From positions 5,828,001-5,892,000 of the forward strand of contig OZ024755.1 in NCBI GenBank assembly GCA_964016885.1: a DNA stretch of 64,000 bases, in the 5' to 3' direction. The notes under the pieces were generated by a model, which searched no databases, had not been told where the DNA came from, and saw only the letters and a program-made list of their open reading frames with translations. Below, piece after piece: positions 12,878 through 28,340 of the stretch; the first letter of the stretch is position 1, and the number at the start of each line of letters is the position of its first letter. Origin of the DNA: Eledone cirrhosa. Taxonomy: Eukaryota. The position numbers were made by a program, and so were the translations under genes.

Positions 12878-13265
12878 GGATTAGATATATATAGGAGTTG
12901 AGCAACATAAAGTAGGATCAAGTTGGTTTTCTCGACTTGAAATTTGGATTAAATAGACAGGAGTTGAGCAACATACAGTAGGATCAATATAGTTTTCTCA
13001 ACTTGAAATTTGGATCAGGAAGACAAGAGTTGAGCAACATAATGTATCAAGATAGTTTTCTCAACTTAAAATTTGGATCAGGAAGACAAGAGTTGAGCAA
13101 CATAATGTATCAAGATAGTTTTCTCAACTTAAAATTTGGATCAGGAAGACAAGAGTTGAGCAACATAAAGTAGGATCAAGATAGTTTTCTCAACTCAAGT
13201 TTTGGATTAAATAGACAAAAGTTGAGCAACATACAGTAAGCCCAAGGTAGTTTCCTCAACTTAAG
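12878..13265. repeat. 63-66-bp minisatellite, about 6 copies
   Basis: AGTTGAGCAAC motif recurs near 12896, 12961, 13027, 13090, 13153, 13219. Confidence 0.9.
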
Positions 13266-13664
13266 ATCCGGTTCTATTTTACTATCATTGGTTATATCTT
13301 AGATTAAACCATAGACTATGGTATAATACTCTTTCCCAAGGTGCCGGACAGGGTGACTGAAAGCTAAAATACGTGGTTGCCAAGCCTACTCTTTAACCAC
13401 ACAGCCACTGCCAGCCACTCTCCTATAATATTATATTAAAAACAAAAATCAATATCTTCCACAAATGTTCCTGCGTTCATTTGTTTATCCATCTCGGTAT
13501 ATCTCTATTTGTTTCACATTTGTTGCTCTGTTTACATTGACGTACTGTAGTGTCATTTCAAGATATGACATTTATTTTACCAAACTACGTTACATTTTAT
13601 CTGGTTATTAATGTAATATTTACTGGAATTTCCTCCTTCTCTTCCTCCCTCCATCCCCTCTCTA

Positions 13665-15232
<1,568 letters not shown>

Positions 15233-15423
15233 CACATCATCATATAAATAAATAAATATAAAAATATATTATATATATTATTTTATTAAAGCTAAATAGT
15301 GAGTTTTGTTACTCTGGAGTTTCGCCTCCTTAGACAAGAACTAAAATTCAGTAGCAGAGACAGTATAAATATGGGGGGCTCATTGGGCGGGGCATTAATT
15401 GTGGACAGGGGGGATATATATCT

Positions 15424-15762
15424 CTAGGACGGGTAAAATTCCCGAGATCCATGGACGAGTTCTCTCCAGCGGTCTCTGTCCCTCATTATCGTTGCCATGT
15501 CCTACGTCTCCAACAGACCGGTGTCTGTCCTTACTGCATCAATATATGTCAACCTCGGTCTCCCTCTTCCAGTGTGTCCATGCAGGGGCTCCCGCAGGAG
15601 CACTGAGTGCAGTGTCAACTCTGGATGTCGGTGAGCATGTCCAGCTAACCTCAGTCTCCTCTGTGCTACTCTAGAGCTGACTTTTGGGAGGCTCCCGTAC
15701 AGCTCCGAGTTCTTGTTTATACTGATTAATGTTCAGAGCCTTCCTCAGCATTCTCGTGTCAT

Positions 15763-15763
<1 letters not shown>
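15424..15763 (-). mobile_element. RTE-clade LINE 3' fragment (decayed)
   Basis: TRMLRKALNI/(frameshift)/NSELYGSLPKVSSRVAQRRLRLAGHAHRHPEL...GRGRPRLTYIDAVRTDTGL..*..MRDRDRWRELV. Confidence 0.85.
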
Positions 15764-15841
<78 letters not shown>

Positions 15842-16030
15842 TAGATTGATAGAGGCTACGGTGCTGAGACCGGGGAGACCAGTAATTATGGGTGTACTCA
15901 ATGTATGGGGAGATGCAGAGTAGGTATAGATATATGTAAAATCCTGACCGATAGCTCGCTAAATATATAGAGAGGTAGATAGATCGATAGATCGATGGTT
16001 AGATAGATAGCTCTCTATATACATAGAGAC

Positions 16031-16260
16031 AGAGAGGTAAATAGACTGATGGTTAGAAAGATAGGTCGTTAGAGAGGTAAATAGACTGATGGTTAGACAT
16101 AGGTCGTTAGAGAGGTAAATAGACTGATGGTTAGACAGATAGGTCGTTAGAGAGGTAAATAGACTGATGGTTAGACAGATAGGTCGTTAGAGAGGTTGAT
16201 AGACTGATGGTTAGACAGATAGCTCGCTAAATAGATAGACATAGGGGTAGATAGATTAAT
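16031..16260. repeat. 38-40-bp minisatellite, about 6 copies
   Basis: Unit AGAGAGGTAAATAGACTGATGGTTAGACAGATAGGTCGTT. Confidence 0.9.
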
Positions 16261-18265
16261 GATTAGACAGAAAGCTCGCTATATACATAGAGAGATCGGT
16301 AGATAGATGAATGGTTACACAGATAGTTCGTTAAATAGATGAGTAGAATGATAGATTTTATTAACATCCATTCGAGGAATAATTCTATGTAATACAGGAA
16401 TATTTCCACATTCCCTTTTTCTTTCGTTCAGCCAAGAAAATATTCAGTTGATAAATTACACCAAATCTTTTCTCTGTCGCCGTTAGCTCTTTTATTTCCT
16501 TCATATTCCGAATTGATCGATCACAGCAAATGAGAAACACTGGTATAGCGTTGTACTAAACGATATCTACATTATATATATCGTTGTCCTAATGTATTTA
16601 TGTATTTATGCATCATCGTTCTAATGCATTTATCTAGAATATATGCGGCGAAAAACCTGGAAGTAATTAAAGAATGTAATTTATTGAGAGAATTGGCAGA
16701 ACATCGGTCAAAATGTAGTCTAGTATTCTCGTTTTTTCTTTCTTCTCTCTCGTTGTTGTGGTTAGAGAGAATGTTGAGCTTGAGATCTTCAAGTCGTAGG
16801 ATCGATTCCCGGACCGGGTAGGTGATGTGTTCTGGGACAAAACGCTTCATTTCACGTTGTTCTAGCCCACTCAGTTGAAATGAGTACCAGCAGCAGTAGT
16901 CGTAGTAGCAACAACAGTTTGGAGGGTTAAATCAAACATAAGCATGGATGAATTGGATGTTTTGAAGTATGCTTGGCAATCATGGGGTCCAGAATTCAAT
17001 CCCACTGTATGACATCTTGAGAAAGTGTCTTTACCACAGCCTCAGGTCGATTTTAAGTTCTTGTAAATGAAACTGTGTAGACAGAAACTATGTGGAAGCC
17101 TGTTCGGTAGATTGTCCCTGTAATTCGTTGGTCCTCCTGTATCACATATTGTGTCTCACTGATTTGGCTTGAGGATTACGTTAAGAATATGTACCTGTAT
17201 CTGTCGGAATATTCAGCCACTTGCACGATCATTTCATTAGCAATCTATTCCGTTGATAAAATAACTGTAGCACCGATCGTCGAAACCGACTGATATCCAT
17301 TCAATGTGTATGTATGCATTGATGTTTGCGTTTTTTTCGTGAGGTGGGGAGGTGGGGTAGCATTTTTTTTATGGGCGGTGGATTGGCAGCATCGGTAGAA
17401 GGTCGGACGCCATTGCAGCATAGAGTTACGGCCCTTTATGATCCGAGTTCAAATCCTGCCAGGGTTAATTTTGCCTTTCATCCTTGCGGGGTCGATAAAA
17501 TAAAGTACCAGTCACGTACTGGTCGATTTAATCGACTTCCCCCCCCCCCTCCTCCAAATTGCAGGCCTTATGCCTAAATCAGAAACCATTATTATTTTTT
17601 TGAGGTGGGGGTGGGGTTCTTTTGGTTTGTTGTTGTATTTTTGTCGCTGAAGGTTTCTAAAAGAAATATAATAACCAGTCCGTGTTATGATTGTTTGCTG
17701 ATACATACATGAGGAAATATAGCTTTTGTGTGTGTTTATAAAAAAAAGATATTTATTTCACGTTTACAAATGTTTCGTTCAATACTTATAACCATCTATA
17801 GCTTTTGTACAGTGTTGAATTCCAAAGAAAAGCTATTTACATAGAGAAGACACAACAATGTTAAATAGATGACTTGTATTCTAACCAATCGTCTTGTTGT
17901 ATTTATTACCATATTCTTCAATAAATCTCAGCCCATTAATAAGGAACAGTTGTAACAATCGTTATTCTCACTCAGGCTGTTCTTGTATTCATGCTGCCTC
18001 TCTCTCTCTCTCTCGAAGGTCATACTATTCTTAAGCACGTCATTTCCACACTAAAATCGACGTTTTCATACTATATTTATATTTATATACCAGGGAGTCT
18101 CGATGTGGTTGTTTGACCTTCTAGAAATAGTAGCAAAATTCCTTTATTCAAGGAAGGATGAATGACAAAGTCAACTCTGGCTGAATTTGAACTCCGAACG
18201 TAAAGGGATGTAACGAAATATGGTAAACCATTTTTGTCTGTCACTCTACAGATTCTGGCAATCCA

Positions 18266-18540
18266 GCCAGGGTGGGATTTAGACCTTGGCGGTGGGTGGG
18301 AATAAACAGCAACAACCCCAATTTTACATATCAAAGTTACCTTGGCGCAAGTAATTAGAATTGAAAAGTTATACAGGTATTAGATTAGAAAAATCTAACC
18401 ATCCTAAAACTATAAAACCTAGTTGGGGGCACAAATAAATTGTTACGGTCGTCACTGGTGGGTCTCCCCACTGTGGGAGGCAGCGGCAATTGCGCCCCCT
18501 TTCCCTCCCCATAAAATCCGGATCTAAATCCAGCGCCCCG
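18266..18540. mobile_element. Possible non-autonomous hAT-type MITE
   Basis: Imperfect terminal inverted repeats CCAGGGTGGGATTTAG ... CTAAATCCAGCGCCCCG with GC-rich subterminal GCCCCC motifs. Confidence 0.4.
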
Positions 18541-19692
18541 CCCCCCTACAAAACGGAAGGAGAGAGAAAAATGAAAAATCTTTCTTAGCATATTTTCAAT
18601 AAAAGTATAAAACTGATTTCAATCGACAGTAGTGGAAGAAATATTATGAGAAATGGAAAGAAAAGATAAGAATTAATGCAATAAAGAAACGATACATACG
18701 TATTATAAAAATAGTATACAAATATACAATGGATATTTTTTATTGGAACATAGTAGATATGTTTAGTTATTGATGAGAGGAAAGATTTAATTACGTAGGA
18801 ACTTTACTGTTTTCAAAAAAAAAAATGATATGAGAGAAAGACATTCTGTGTTCTGCAATCAGTGAAATCTTGGCAACTATTTTTCTATAATAGGACAGAA
18901 TTTTATTAGTTGATTACGTGTAGACAGAAGAACACGTGATTATGACGATGATGATGGTTTTCTGCAGGAATTGAAATTGTGTTTGTTGAATATCAACTCT
19001 CTCTTTCTCTCACCCATCTCTCTTCCTCGCTCCCCCTTTCTGAATGTTTGTTTTTTAGCCAAAGCAAAAGATAAAAAAAAAACTACTTCCAATCAGTTTG
19101 TATATATAGTATGTTTCAATAATATATTTATATACTACTTCTAGATTGATATTTCTATACCATTTTCTATACAGACCCTTAAGTTTTCACATCATATTTC
19201 TCATAAACGTCGTTCAATCTACTCAAATTAGATCACTTTCTATTGTATTCAACAAGATATATAGTATTCCCCCACATTTCTACAGTTAGCTCAACATTTA
19301 TCCATTTGCTCGCATTAATGTCTCCAGCTTGATACTTTCAACACAACTCACATGCCAACAACACATTATTTCTCAAACTAAATCATTAAATATTCTGTCT
19401 GGTGAAAGATGCCATTTTAAATCGCAGCATCTTCATATTCCCTCTTAGTTCAGCACACAACATACTATCTCTCCTTAGTCCTACACACAACATACAGCAC
19501 AAGTCTTGCCTTAGTCTTACACACATCATACAGTATAGTCTTTTTTTAGTTTTACACACAACATACATACACAGTCTCTTTAGTCCCATACACTACAGTC
19601 TCTCCTCTCAGTCCTATTGTCTCTTTATAGACCTACACACGGCACACAATCGCTTCTTAGTCCTAAACACACAACTTACCGTCTCACTTTAG

Positions 19693-21377
19693 CAGTGGCG
19701 GCTCATGGCTAAAATTAGTTGGGGTGTTGGTCCAGAAATGTTTAGCCATTGTTTTAATATTGTGTAAAATGAAACAAACATAAAATGAAAATTTATACAT
19801 AAACTTGATAAAATCCTAACCGAAAAAAATATTTCTACTTACAGTTATTTAAAAATATAATTTATTCTTCTTGTTTTACTTGGAGCGAAAATGTTAATAA
19901 TTTTGTCTTTGATCCTTGGATGACAGTTGAGGAAATTTTTCCCCATTGAAAGCATTGCAAATGCATTTAGTCTTCCAGGATTCATAGTGATCCTTAGAAA
20001 AGTTTAAATTCTTTTCAGTGTGAAAAGCAGAGTTCTGGCTCTGATGTAGTCATGTGAATTGTCAAGAGGATTTTTATCAGTTTCGTAATTTCACTAAGGA
20101 CACAATCTAGATTATTTCCCAAGATAAATTTCAGCAGCTCAATTAATTTGCAATATTCATGTATAGTTTAAAATTCCTGTTGCTTCTGCAATGGTTTAAT
20201 CTGTATTTGATGCTGACTGAACTTCAGTAAAGCAGCCTTTTGAAGCTTGCAAATTTTCATGTTCACGGTTCATATGTTAAGGTTCCACTTTGTAGAGGAT
20301 GGGCGTGGAATCCTGCGTCTTGAGAACAGATAGACGTTGTTATGATCTTAAGAAGAATGTTGAAATAGCCAAAATATCAGAGAAAAATATTCTTGCATTA
20401 CGTGTAATACCTGCTGCATAAAATTTCACGATTCTTTTTTAGCCTTCATGTTATGCTCATTGATTGAAAGTTTGTATGCCTCACTAAGTTTCTCCTTAAT
20501 ATTTACGTTTCCTAAAAGTGACAGTGAAACCACATTTTCAACATGCTTCTTTGATTTCGCATGTATTTCAGTTTTTCTTTCTTTCATTTTGTTTATATTT
20601 CTAAAACCGTCTTTTGTCCGCGTTACATCGCCTCCAAACAGCCACAGAACCAACTTTTCCGCTAGTACCATTTAGAATTAAAGTTATGAATACGCCTCTT
20701 GTTGTTGCTTATTCCTGCCTGAGATATTTGAATAGCACGTGTTGAACGGTCTATTTTCTTAACTTTAACGTGGAGAGCGAACAGTGAAAACATAAGCTGT
20801 TGAAGTTCACTTAATGTCACAGACTTATTTCTTGGGTATGCAAGGAGGTCATAATTGAATTATTTAAATTGTTTATACAACAAAACAACCGAAAACAAAA
20901 CCTGGAAATATGATAATCGTCTACAGTTTATCACGTTCAAGAATATGGTGCACGGTTTTTAAGCACAACACACGCCGAGTCAAAAATAAACATTACCTTA
21001 CACTCAAACAACATGGCTAGAACTGCGTGAGTGACAGGAAGAGAAGGTGGGAGTTTGGTTGTTTCACAGACACACACACACTAGTGTATGTAGCTACACC
21101 TATGTTGACAAAGCAGTGAAAGTGGGAATTTGGTTCTATTGTGTTCGGTCCTGGTGTATACGTATATATTTATTTACCACACCACGTCAGACCTACCAAC
21201 CGCTAAAAGCCCAAACGGGGATTGCCATGAAAAAAGTGTCCCAAACCGGGTAGAAATGAGGCAAAATTTTGCATAATCAAAGCTATACCCATTTTCAAAA
21301 GACAAGACATTTCTCACCCACCCCAAAATGGGTGGGAGATCTCCCCGTCTGGCGGGGAAAGTTGATAGGTCTGCCAC
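19693..21377 (-). mobile_element. Decayed, internally deleted hAT DNA transposon (Tip100/ZMYM1-like transposase pseudogene at about 19845-20860)
   Basis: Left end CAGTGGCGG (hAT-type). Minus strand gives a dimerisation-domain remnant LIKILLTIHMTTSEPELCF/TLKRI*TFLRITMNPGRLNAFAMLS...IINIFA..KTRR and an N-terminal TTF/DUF4371-like segment (GFRNINKMKE...HAKSKKH). Right boundary uncertain. Confidence 0.8.
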
Positions 21378-22530
21378 ATTAATATAGCTGTGTGTTAGAA
21401 GATTTAATGTTACCTTTACATTTCATATTTCGAGATTAGGGTCGCTTACGACGCGTATGTGGTTAGAATGAGTCAAGAAAGAATCGCTGGATAGATTTTA
21501 CGGGCAAAACCAACCGTCAGGAGACCTAGGGGTATACCCCGAGCAAGATAGTTGGATAACATCCATGGACTTGGCTGGTCACACTTGGATATCCAGATGG
21601 ATCAGTTGTAGGCGGTTGCTTCTGACAAGACCCGCTAGAGGGAGTGTGTGGGGACTATGTTCCCACGATCCTCTCAGGAATAAGTGGGCGAAGAAGAAGT
21701 AGGGTCGCTTACGATGTATGTGTTCGGCTTGTTTGACTAACATTAATGGTTTCTTATATAGGCACCAGGCCTTCAATTTGCGGAAAGTCGATTAAATCTA
21801 CCTCCGTGCGTGACTGGCACTTTACTTTATCGACCCCGTAAGGATGAAAGGCAAAGTTAACCTCGGCGGGATTTGAACTCAGATCTATGCTGCAAAGCAT
21901 GGCGTCCGGTCCTCTACCGATACTGCCAATCCACCGCCCTTGTTTGCCTAACATAAATACAATTATTTTCAAATATTTTTAAACATCGGAAAATGAATTC
22001 GATCGAGAAAGCGAGTAACAAATGAGATTCAACAGAAGATACGTATTTTCCAGTGATTAATGGGGAAAATGTTTTTTTTCAAACAAGGCCAGTAACAAGA
22101 TTGCTAGAGAGTAAGACACATTAGTTAGAAGTCCATGTAATAAAAGCAACGTTTGATTTTTCTAATAGTCTCTTTCATAGTAGCTACAGTTGCAGACAAA
22201 GAGAAAACTGATTGGTGTGAGTAGGTGAAATATTCTAGATTTTCTACATGTTGTTTACCATCAATACTGTCTCGTCCATTTTGTTTAATAATATTTTGCG
22301 TGATAAACTGCTTCTCACAATTATAATTGATAGTAAATACAAAATTGTGTTGTAATTTTTAGCAATGTGAATGTGTGTTGTTGATATATATGTGTGTGTG
22401 TGTGTATATATATATACACACACACACACACGAAACTGCTCTCACATATATACATGTAACGTCTTAACTATTTGGTCATACTACAGTCAATGCGCACCAG
22501 TGAAACACTTATGCCACCCTTCTTATTATG

Positions 22531-22870
22531 AAGGGGCGTCGCTTAGTGGCTTGAGCATCAGATTCACAATCGTGAGGTTGTGAGTTCGATTCCCGGACTG
22601 GGCGATGTGTTGTGTTCTTGAGCAAGACACTTTATTTCACGTTTCTTTTGTTCACTCAGCTGTAGAAAAGAGTTGCAACGTCACTGGAGTCAAGCTGTAT
22701 CAGCCATTACCTTTCCTTTGGACAACATCGGTGAGGTGCAGAGGGGAGACTGGTATGGATGGGTGACTGTTGGTCTTCTATAAAGACACCATGCCCGGAC
22801 TTGTGCCTCGGAGGGAAAGTTTCTAGGTGCAAATCTTATGGTCATTCGTGACCGAAGGGGGTCTTTAACT
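22531..22870 (+). mobile_element. tRNA-derived SINE family B; partial copies at about 6985-7110(-), 16755-16890(+), 40365-40505(-), 41430-41610(+)
   Basis: GCTTAGTGG...GTTCGATTCCC head followed by TTGAGCAAGACACTTTATTTCAC, shared by all copies. Confidence 0.8.
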
Positions 22871-22934
22871 TTTCCTTTACCCTACGAAGGGACAAATACT
22901 TTGTGTTTATTCAAGTACCCCTTGATGCCCGCAG

Positions 22935-24490
22935 TGGTAGGTGGTGGCTGTCCTTGCTATACATCTACAGTGTCCCTTAATACCTACAGCAGTAGGTGGT
23001 ATCTGTCCTTGCTATGTATCTACAGTGTCCCCTAATACCGACAGCAGTAGGTGGTATCTGTCCTTGCTATGTATCTACAGTGTCCCCTAATACCTACAGC
23101 AGTAGGTGGTATCTGTCCTTGCTATGTATCTACAGTGTCCCTTAATACCTACAGCAGTAGGTGGTATCTGTCCTTGCTTTACAACTACAGTGTCCCTTAA
23201 TACCTACAGCAGTAGGTGGTATCTGTCCTTGCTTTACAACTACAGTGTCCCTTAATACCTACAGCAGTAGGTGGTATCTGTCCTTGCTTTACAACTACAG
23301 TGTCCCTTAATACCTACAGCAGTAGGTGGTATCTGTCCTTGCTTTACAACTACAGTGTCCCTTAATACCTACAGCAGTAGGTGGTATCTGTCCTTGCTTT
23401 ACAACTACAGTGTCCCTTAATACCTACAGCAGTAGGTGGTATCTGTCCTTGCTATACATCTAGTGTCCCTTAATACCTACAGCAGTAGGTGGTATCTGTC
23501 CTTGCTATGTATCTACAGTGTCCCCTAATACCGACAGCAGTAGGTGGTATCTGTCCTTGCTATACAACTACAGTGTCCCTTAATACCTACAGCAGTAGGT
23601 GGTATCTGTCCTTGCTTTACAACTACAGTGTCCCTTAATACCTACAGCAGTAGGTGGTATCTGTCCTTGCTTTACAACTACAGTGTCCCTTAATACCTAC
23701 AGCAGTAGGTGGTATCTGTCCTTGCTTTACAACTACAGTGTCCCTTAATACCTACAGCAGTAGGTGGTATCTGTCCTTGCTATACATCTAGTGTCCCTTA
23801 ATACCTACAGCAGTAGGTGGTATCTGTCCTTGCTATGTATCTACAGTGTCCCCTAATACCGACAGCAGTAGGTGGTATCTGTCCTTGCTATACAACTACA
23901 GTGTCCCTTAATACCTACAGCAGTAGGTGGTATCTGTCCTTGCTATGTATCTACAGTGTCCCTTAATACCTACAGCACTAGGTGGTATCTGTCCTTGCTA
24001 TACATCTACAGTGTCCCCTAATACCTACAGCAGTAGGTGGTATCTGTCCTTGCTATGTATCTACAGTGTCCCTTAATACCTACAGCAGTAGGTGGTATCT
24101 GTCCTTGCTATGTATCTACAGTGTCCCCTAATACCTACAGCAGTAGGTGGTATCTGTCCTTGCTATACATCTACAGTGTCCCTTAATACCTACAGCAGTA
24201 GGTGGTATCTGTCCTTGCTATGTATCTACAGTGTCCCCTAATACCTACAGCAGTAGGTGGTATCTGTCCTTGCTATGTATCTACAGTGTCCCCTAATACC
24301 TACAGCAGTAGGTGGTATCTGTCCTTGCTATACATCTACAGTGTCCCTTAATACTTACAGCAGTAGGTGGTATCTGTCCTTGCTATGTATCTACAGTGTC
24401 CCTTAATACCTACAGCAGTAGGTGGTATCTGTCCTTGCTATGTATCTACAGTGTCCCCTAATACCTACAGCAGTAGGTGGTATCTGTCCT
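22935..24490. repeat. 55-bp minisatellite, about 28 copies, with internal hairpin and higher-order structure
   Basis: Unit CAGTGTCCCTTAATACCTACAGCAGTAGGTGGTATCTGTCCTTGCTATGTATCTA; hairpin ACCTAC-AGCA-GTAGGT. Confidence 0.97.
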
Positions 24491-25321
24491 CTTGTTATAC
24501 AACTTTACAGCTATATACACTGAATCAATGAGAGTTAAATAGCCTCGGCTATCGATTTATCGAAGTTCTTTGGACAAAGTATTAACAGCTCACTCTTCGG
24601 CAGCTAGTCCGTCATCCTATATTGATTTAACTATCTACGTCCGTTTATTCCACAATAGATCATTATGAAATTCTGTTTCTATTAAAGTTATAATTAACCT
24701 GTGAAAGTTATAATAAAGGAAAAAGGTTATAAAAACAAAGAAATGCGTGTGTGTCTGTTTGCCTGAACATGCATGTGTATGTGAGTGTGTGCGTATGTAT
24801 GTGCCTCTGTGTGTTTGTATGTGTGTTTATGTATGAGTATATGTATGTGCCTCTGTGTGTTTGTATGTGTGTTTATGTATGAGTATATGTATGCGTGTGT
24901 GTCTGTTTGCCTGAGCATGCATGTGTGTGTGAGTGTGTGCGTATGTATGTGCCTCTGTGTGTTTGTATGTGTATTTATGTATGAGTATATGTATGCGTGT
25001 GTGTCTGTTTGCCTGAACATGCATGTGTGTGTGTGTGTGTGTTTAGTGTGATTGATGCCATTGTTGTTGTTGTTTTTCCGAGGAGTTTTCCCACTCTTCA
25101 TAGTATGTCTACTTCTAAGATGTTTGTTTGAATGGATTTAGACATGTGGTTACTTGTCTCTCTCTCGGATTATCTCCCCATCTCACAACCACACACATTC
25201 ATACATATATATATATGTGTGTGTTTATATATATGTGTGTGTGTGTATATATGTATATATATATGTGTGTATGTGTGTGTATATATATGTGTGTGTATGT
25301 ATGCATATATGTGTATGTATA

Positions 25322-25364
<43 letters not shown>

Positions 25365-25387
25365 ATATATATGTATGTATGTGTGTG

Positions 25388-25418
<31 letters not shown>

Positions 25419-25781
25419 GTGGATGTGTGTATATATATATATATATATATGTGTGTGTAAGCATATATATGTGTATGTATATACATGTGTGTAAGCATAT
25501 ATATGTGTATGTATATACATGTGTGTATGCATATATATGTTTATGTATATACATGAGTGTATGCATATATATGTGTATATGCATATGTATGTATATATAT
25601 GTGTGTGTGTATGTATATATATACATATATATATGTGTATATTTAAAAATATATATATATATATATGTGTATGTATATATATACATATATATATGTGTAT
25701 GTATATATATATATATGTGTGTATGTATATATATATATATGTGTATGTATATATATACATATATATATATATATATGTGTG

Positions 25782-25872
<91 letters not shown>

Positions 25873-25877
25873 GTGTG

Positions 25878-25918
<41 letters not shown>

Positions 25919-26061
25919 ATGTATATATGCATATACATAATTTGTATATAAGGCATACATGTTTGTTTGCATGTATGCGCTTGTCTATAATGTATAATGT
26001 GTATATATGTATATATATATGTGTGTGTATGTATATATATATGTGTGTGTGTATGTATGTA

Positions 26062-26102
<41 letters not shown>

Positions 26103-26145
26103 ATGTGTATATATATATGTGTGTGTGTATGTATGTATGTGTGTG

Positions 26146-26196
<51 letters not shown>

Positions 26197-26215
26197 GTGT
26201 GTGCGTGTGTATGTG

Positions 26216-26247
<32 letters not shown>

Positions 26248-26314
26248 AATGTATGTAAACAAGGGACATGCATGTGTTCTTTTATATGATTGTATGTGTG
26301 TGTGAGTGTGTGAA

Positions 26315-26363
<49 letters not shown>

Positions 26364-27011
26364 CTACATATACATATATGCATATACATATATATATACA
26401 TATACATCATCATCACTTTACGTCCGCGTTTCCCTGCTTGCAAGTATATATACATATACATGTACATATATATATATACACACATATATATATATACACA
26501 TACTTATAGTTATATATGTGTGTGTATATATATATAGATAAGAGTGAGTGGTATTTCTATGTAGATGGCACATCACTAAATTACTTTAGACGCCTTTTGA
26601 TATTATAACTGACAATTAAATAATTCTTTACTGTTCTCCTTCACATCAAAGACTTGCAGTTTAGTTAGGCTCTTCCTGTTGACATCAATAATTAAAAAAC
26701 TCCGTCAGCTCCACACTTTGGATTGATCTGTGTTTACGTCACTCCAAGCCTAATGTCATCTAGTTATCGATGGCTATTATAGACTGCAGCAACTTAAAGG
26801 GGATGTCAATAAGATATATTCAGTACATTATTGATCTGTGTTACTTCAGTGATGAGGTCAACAGGACCTACACCTAGCCACTACTTTTCCTAATCTATAC
26901 AGGCTCCGTGGTGGGCTTCACATCACTCGGCTTTTAAATTGCAAATAGAGATGGATTAAAGCAACTAGTGGGTGGAGGAAGTATGGTGTGAGTATAGTAG
27001 GGCTGGTGCTT

Positions 27012-28340
27012 CCATTAAGGCCAACTAGGTAGCTGCCTAAGGCACAGATTTCAGAGGGATGCTACTATTAAGACCAATTAGACAGCTACCTAAGGCATAG
27101 ACTCCAGTGAGGTGTTACTATTAAGGCTAACTAGACAGCTGTCTAGAGTGTAGACTCCAGTGAGGTGTTACTATTAAGGCTAACTAGACAGCTGCCTAGA
27201 GTGTAGACCCCAGTGAGGTGTTACTATTAAGGCTAACTAGACAGCTGTCTAGAGTGTAGACTCCAGTGAGGTGTTACTATTAAGGCTAACTAGACAGCTG
27301 TCTAGAGTGTAGACTCCAGTGAGGTGTTACTATTAAGGCTAACTAGACAGCTGCCTAGAGTGTAGACCCCAGTGAGGTGTTACTATTAAGGCTAACTAGA
27401 CAGCTGCCTAGAGTGTAGACCCCAGTGAGGTGTTACTATTAAGGCTAACTAGACAGCTGTCTAGAGTGTAGACTCCAGTGAGGTGTTACTATTAAGGCTA
27501 ACTAGACAGCTGCCTAGAGTGTAGACCCCAGTGAGGTGTTACTATTAAGGCTAACTAGACAGCTGCCTAGAGTGTAGACTCCAGTGAGGTGTTACTATTA
27601 AGGCTAACTAGACAGCTGTCTAGAGTGTAGACTCCAGCGAGGTGTTACTATTAAGGCTAACTAGACAGTTGTCTAGAGTGTAGACTCCAGCGAGGTGTTA
27701 CTATTAAGGCTAACTAGACAGCTGTCTAGAGTGTAGACTCCAGTGAGGTGTTACTATTAAGGCTAACTAGACAGCTGTCTAGAGTGTAGACTCCAGTGAG
27801 GTGTTACTATTAAGGCTAACTAGACAGCTGCCTAGAGTGTAGACTCCAGCGAGGTGTTACTATTAAGGCTAACTAGACAAGCTGCCTAGAGTGTAGACTC
27901 AAGCGAGGTGTTACTATTAAGGCTAACTAGACAGTTGTCTAGAGTGTAGACTCCAGTGAGGTGTTACTATTAAGGCTAACTAGACAGCTGTCTAGAGTGT
28001 AGACTCCAGTGAGGTGTTACTATTAAGGCTAACTAGACAGCTGTCTAGAGTGTAGACTCCAGCGAGGTGTTACTATTAAGGCTAACTAGACAGCTGCCTA
28101 GAGTGTAGACTCCAGTGAGGTGTTACTATTAAGGCTAACTAGACAGCTGTCTAGAGTGTAGACTCCAGTGAGGTGTTACTATTAAGGCTAACTAGACAGC
28201 TGTCTAGAGTGTAGACTCCAGTGAGGTGTTACTATTAAGGCTAACTAGACAGCTGTCTAGAGTGTAGACCTCAGTGAGGTGTTACTATTAAGGCTAACTA
28301 GACAGCTGTCTAGAGTGTAGACTCCAGCGAGGTGCATTAC
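27012..28340. repeat. 53-bp minisatellite, about 25 copies, with 16-bp palindrome
   Basis: Unit CTATTAAGGCTAACTAGACAGCTGTCTAGAGTGTAGACTCCAGTGAGGTGTTA. Confidence 0.97.

Noticed and set aside
22531-22610. tRNA genes (A/B boxes here and at 52130-52200)
   Set aside because: They are heads of multi-copy SINEs continuing into SINE bodies; no proper cloverleaf or acceptor stem.
22935-28340. CRISPR-like appearance of the 55-bp and 53-bp palindromic arrays (also 53596-54690 and 60028-60831)
   Set aside because: Units are contiguous with no unique spacers, there are no cas genes, and the context is an intron-rich eukaryotic genome; these are minisatellites.
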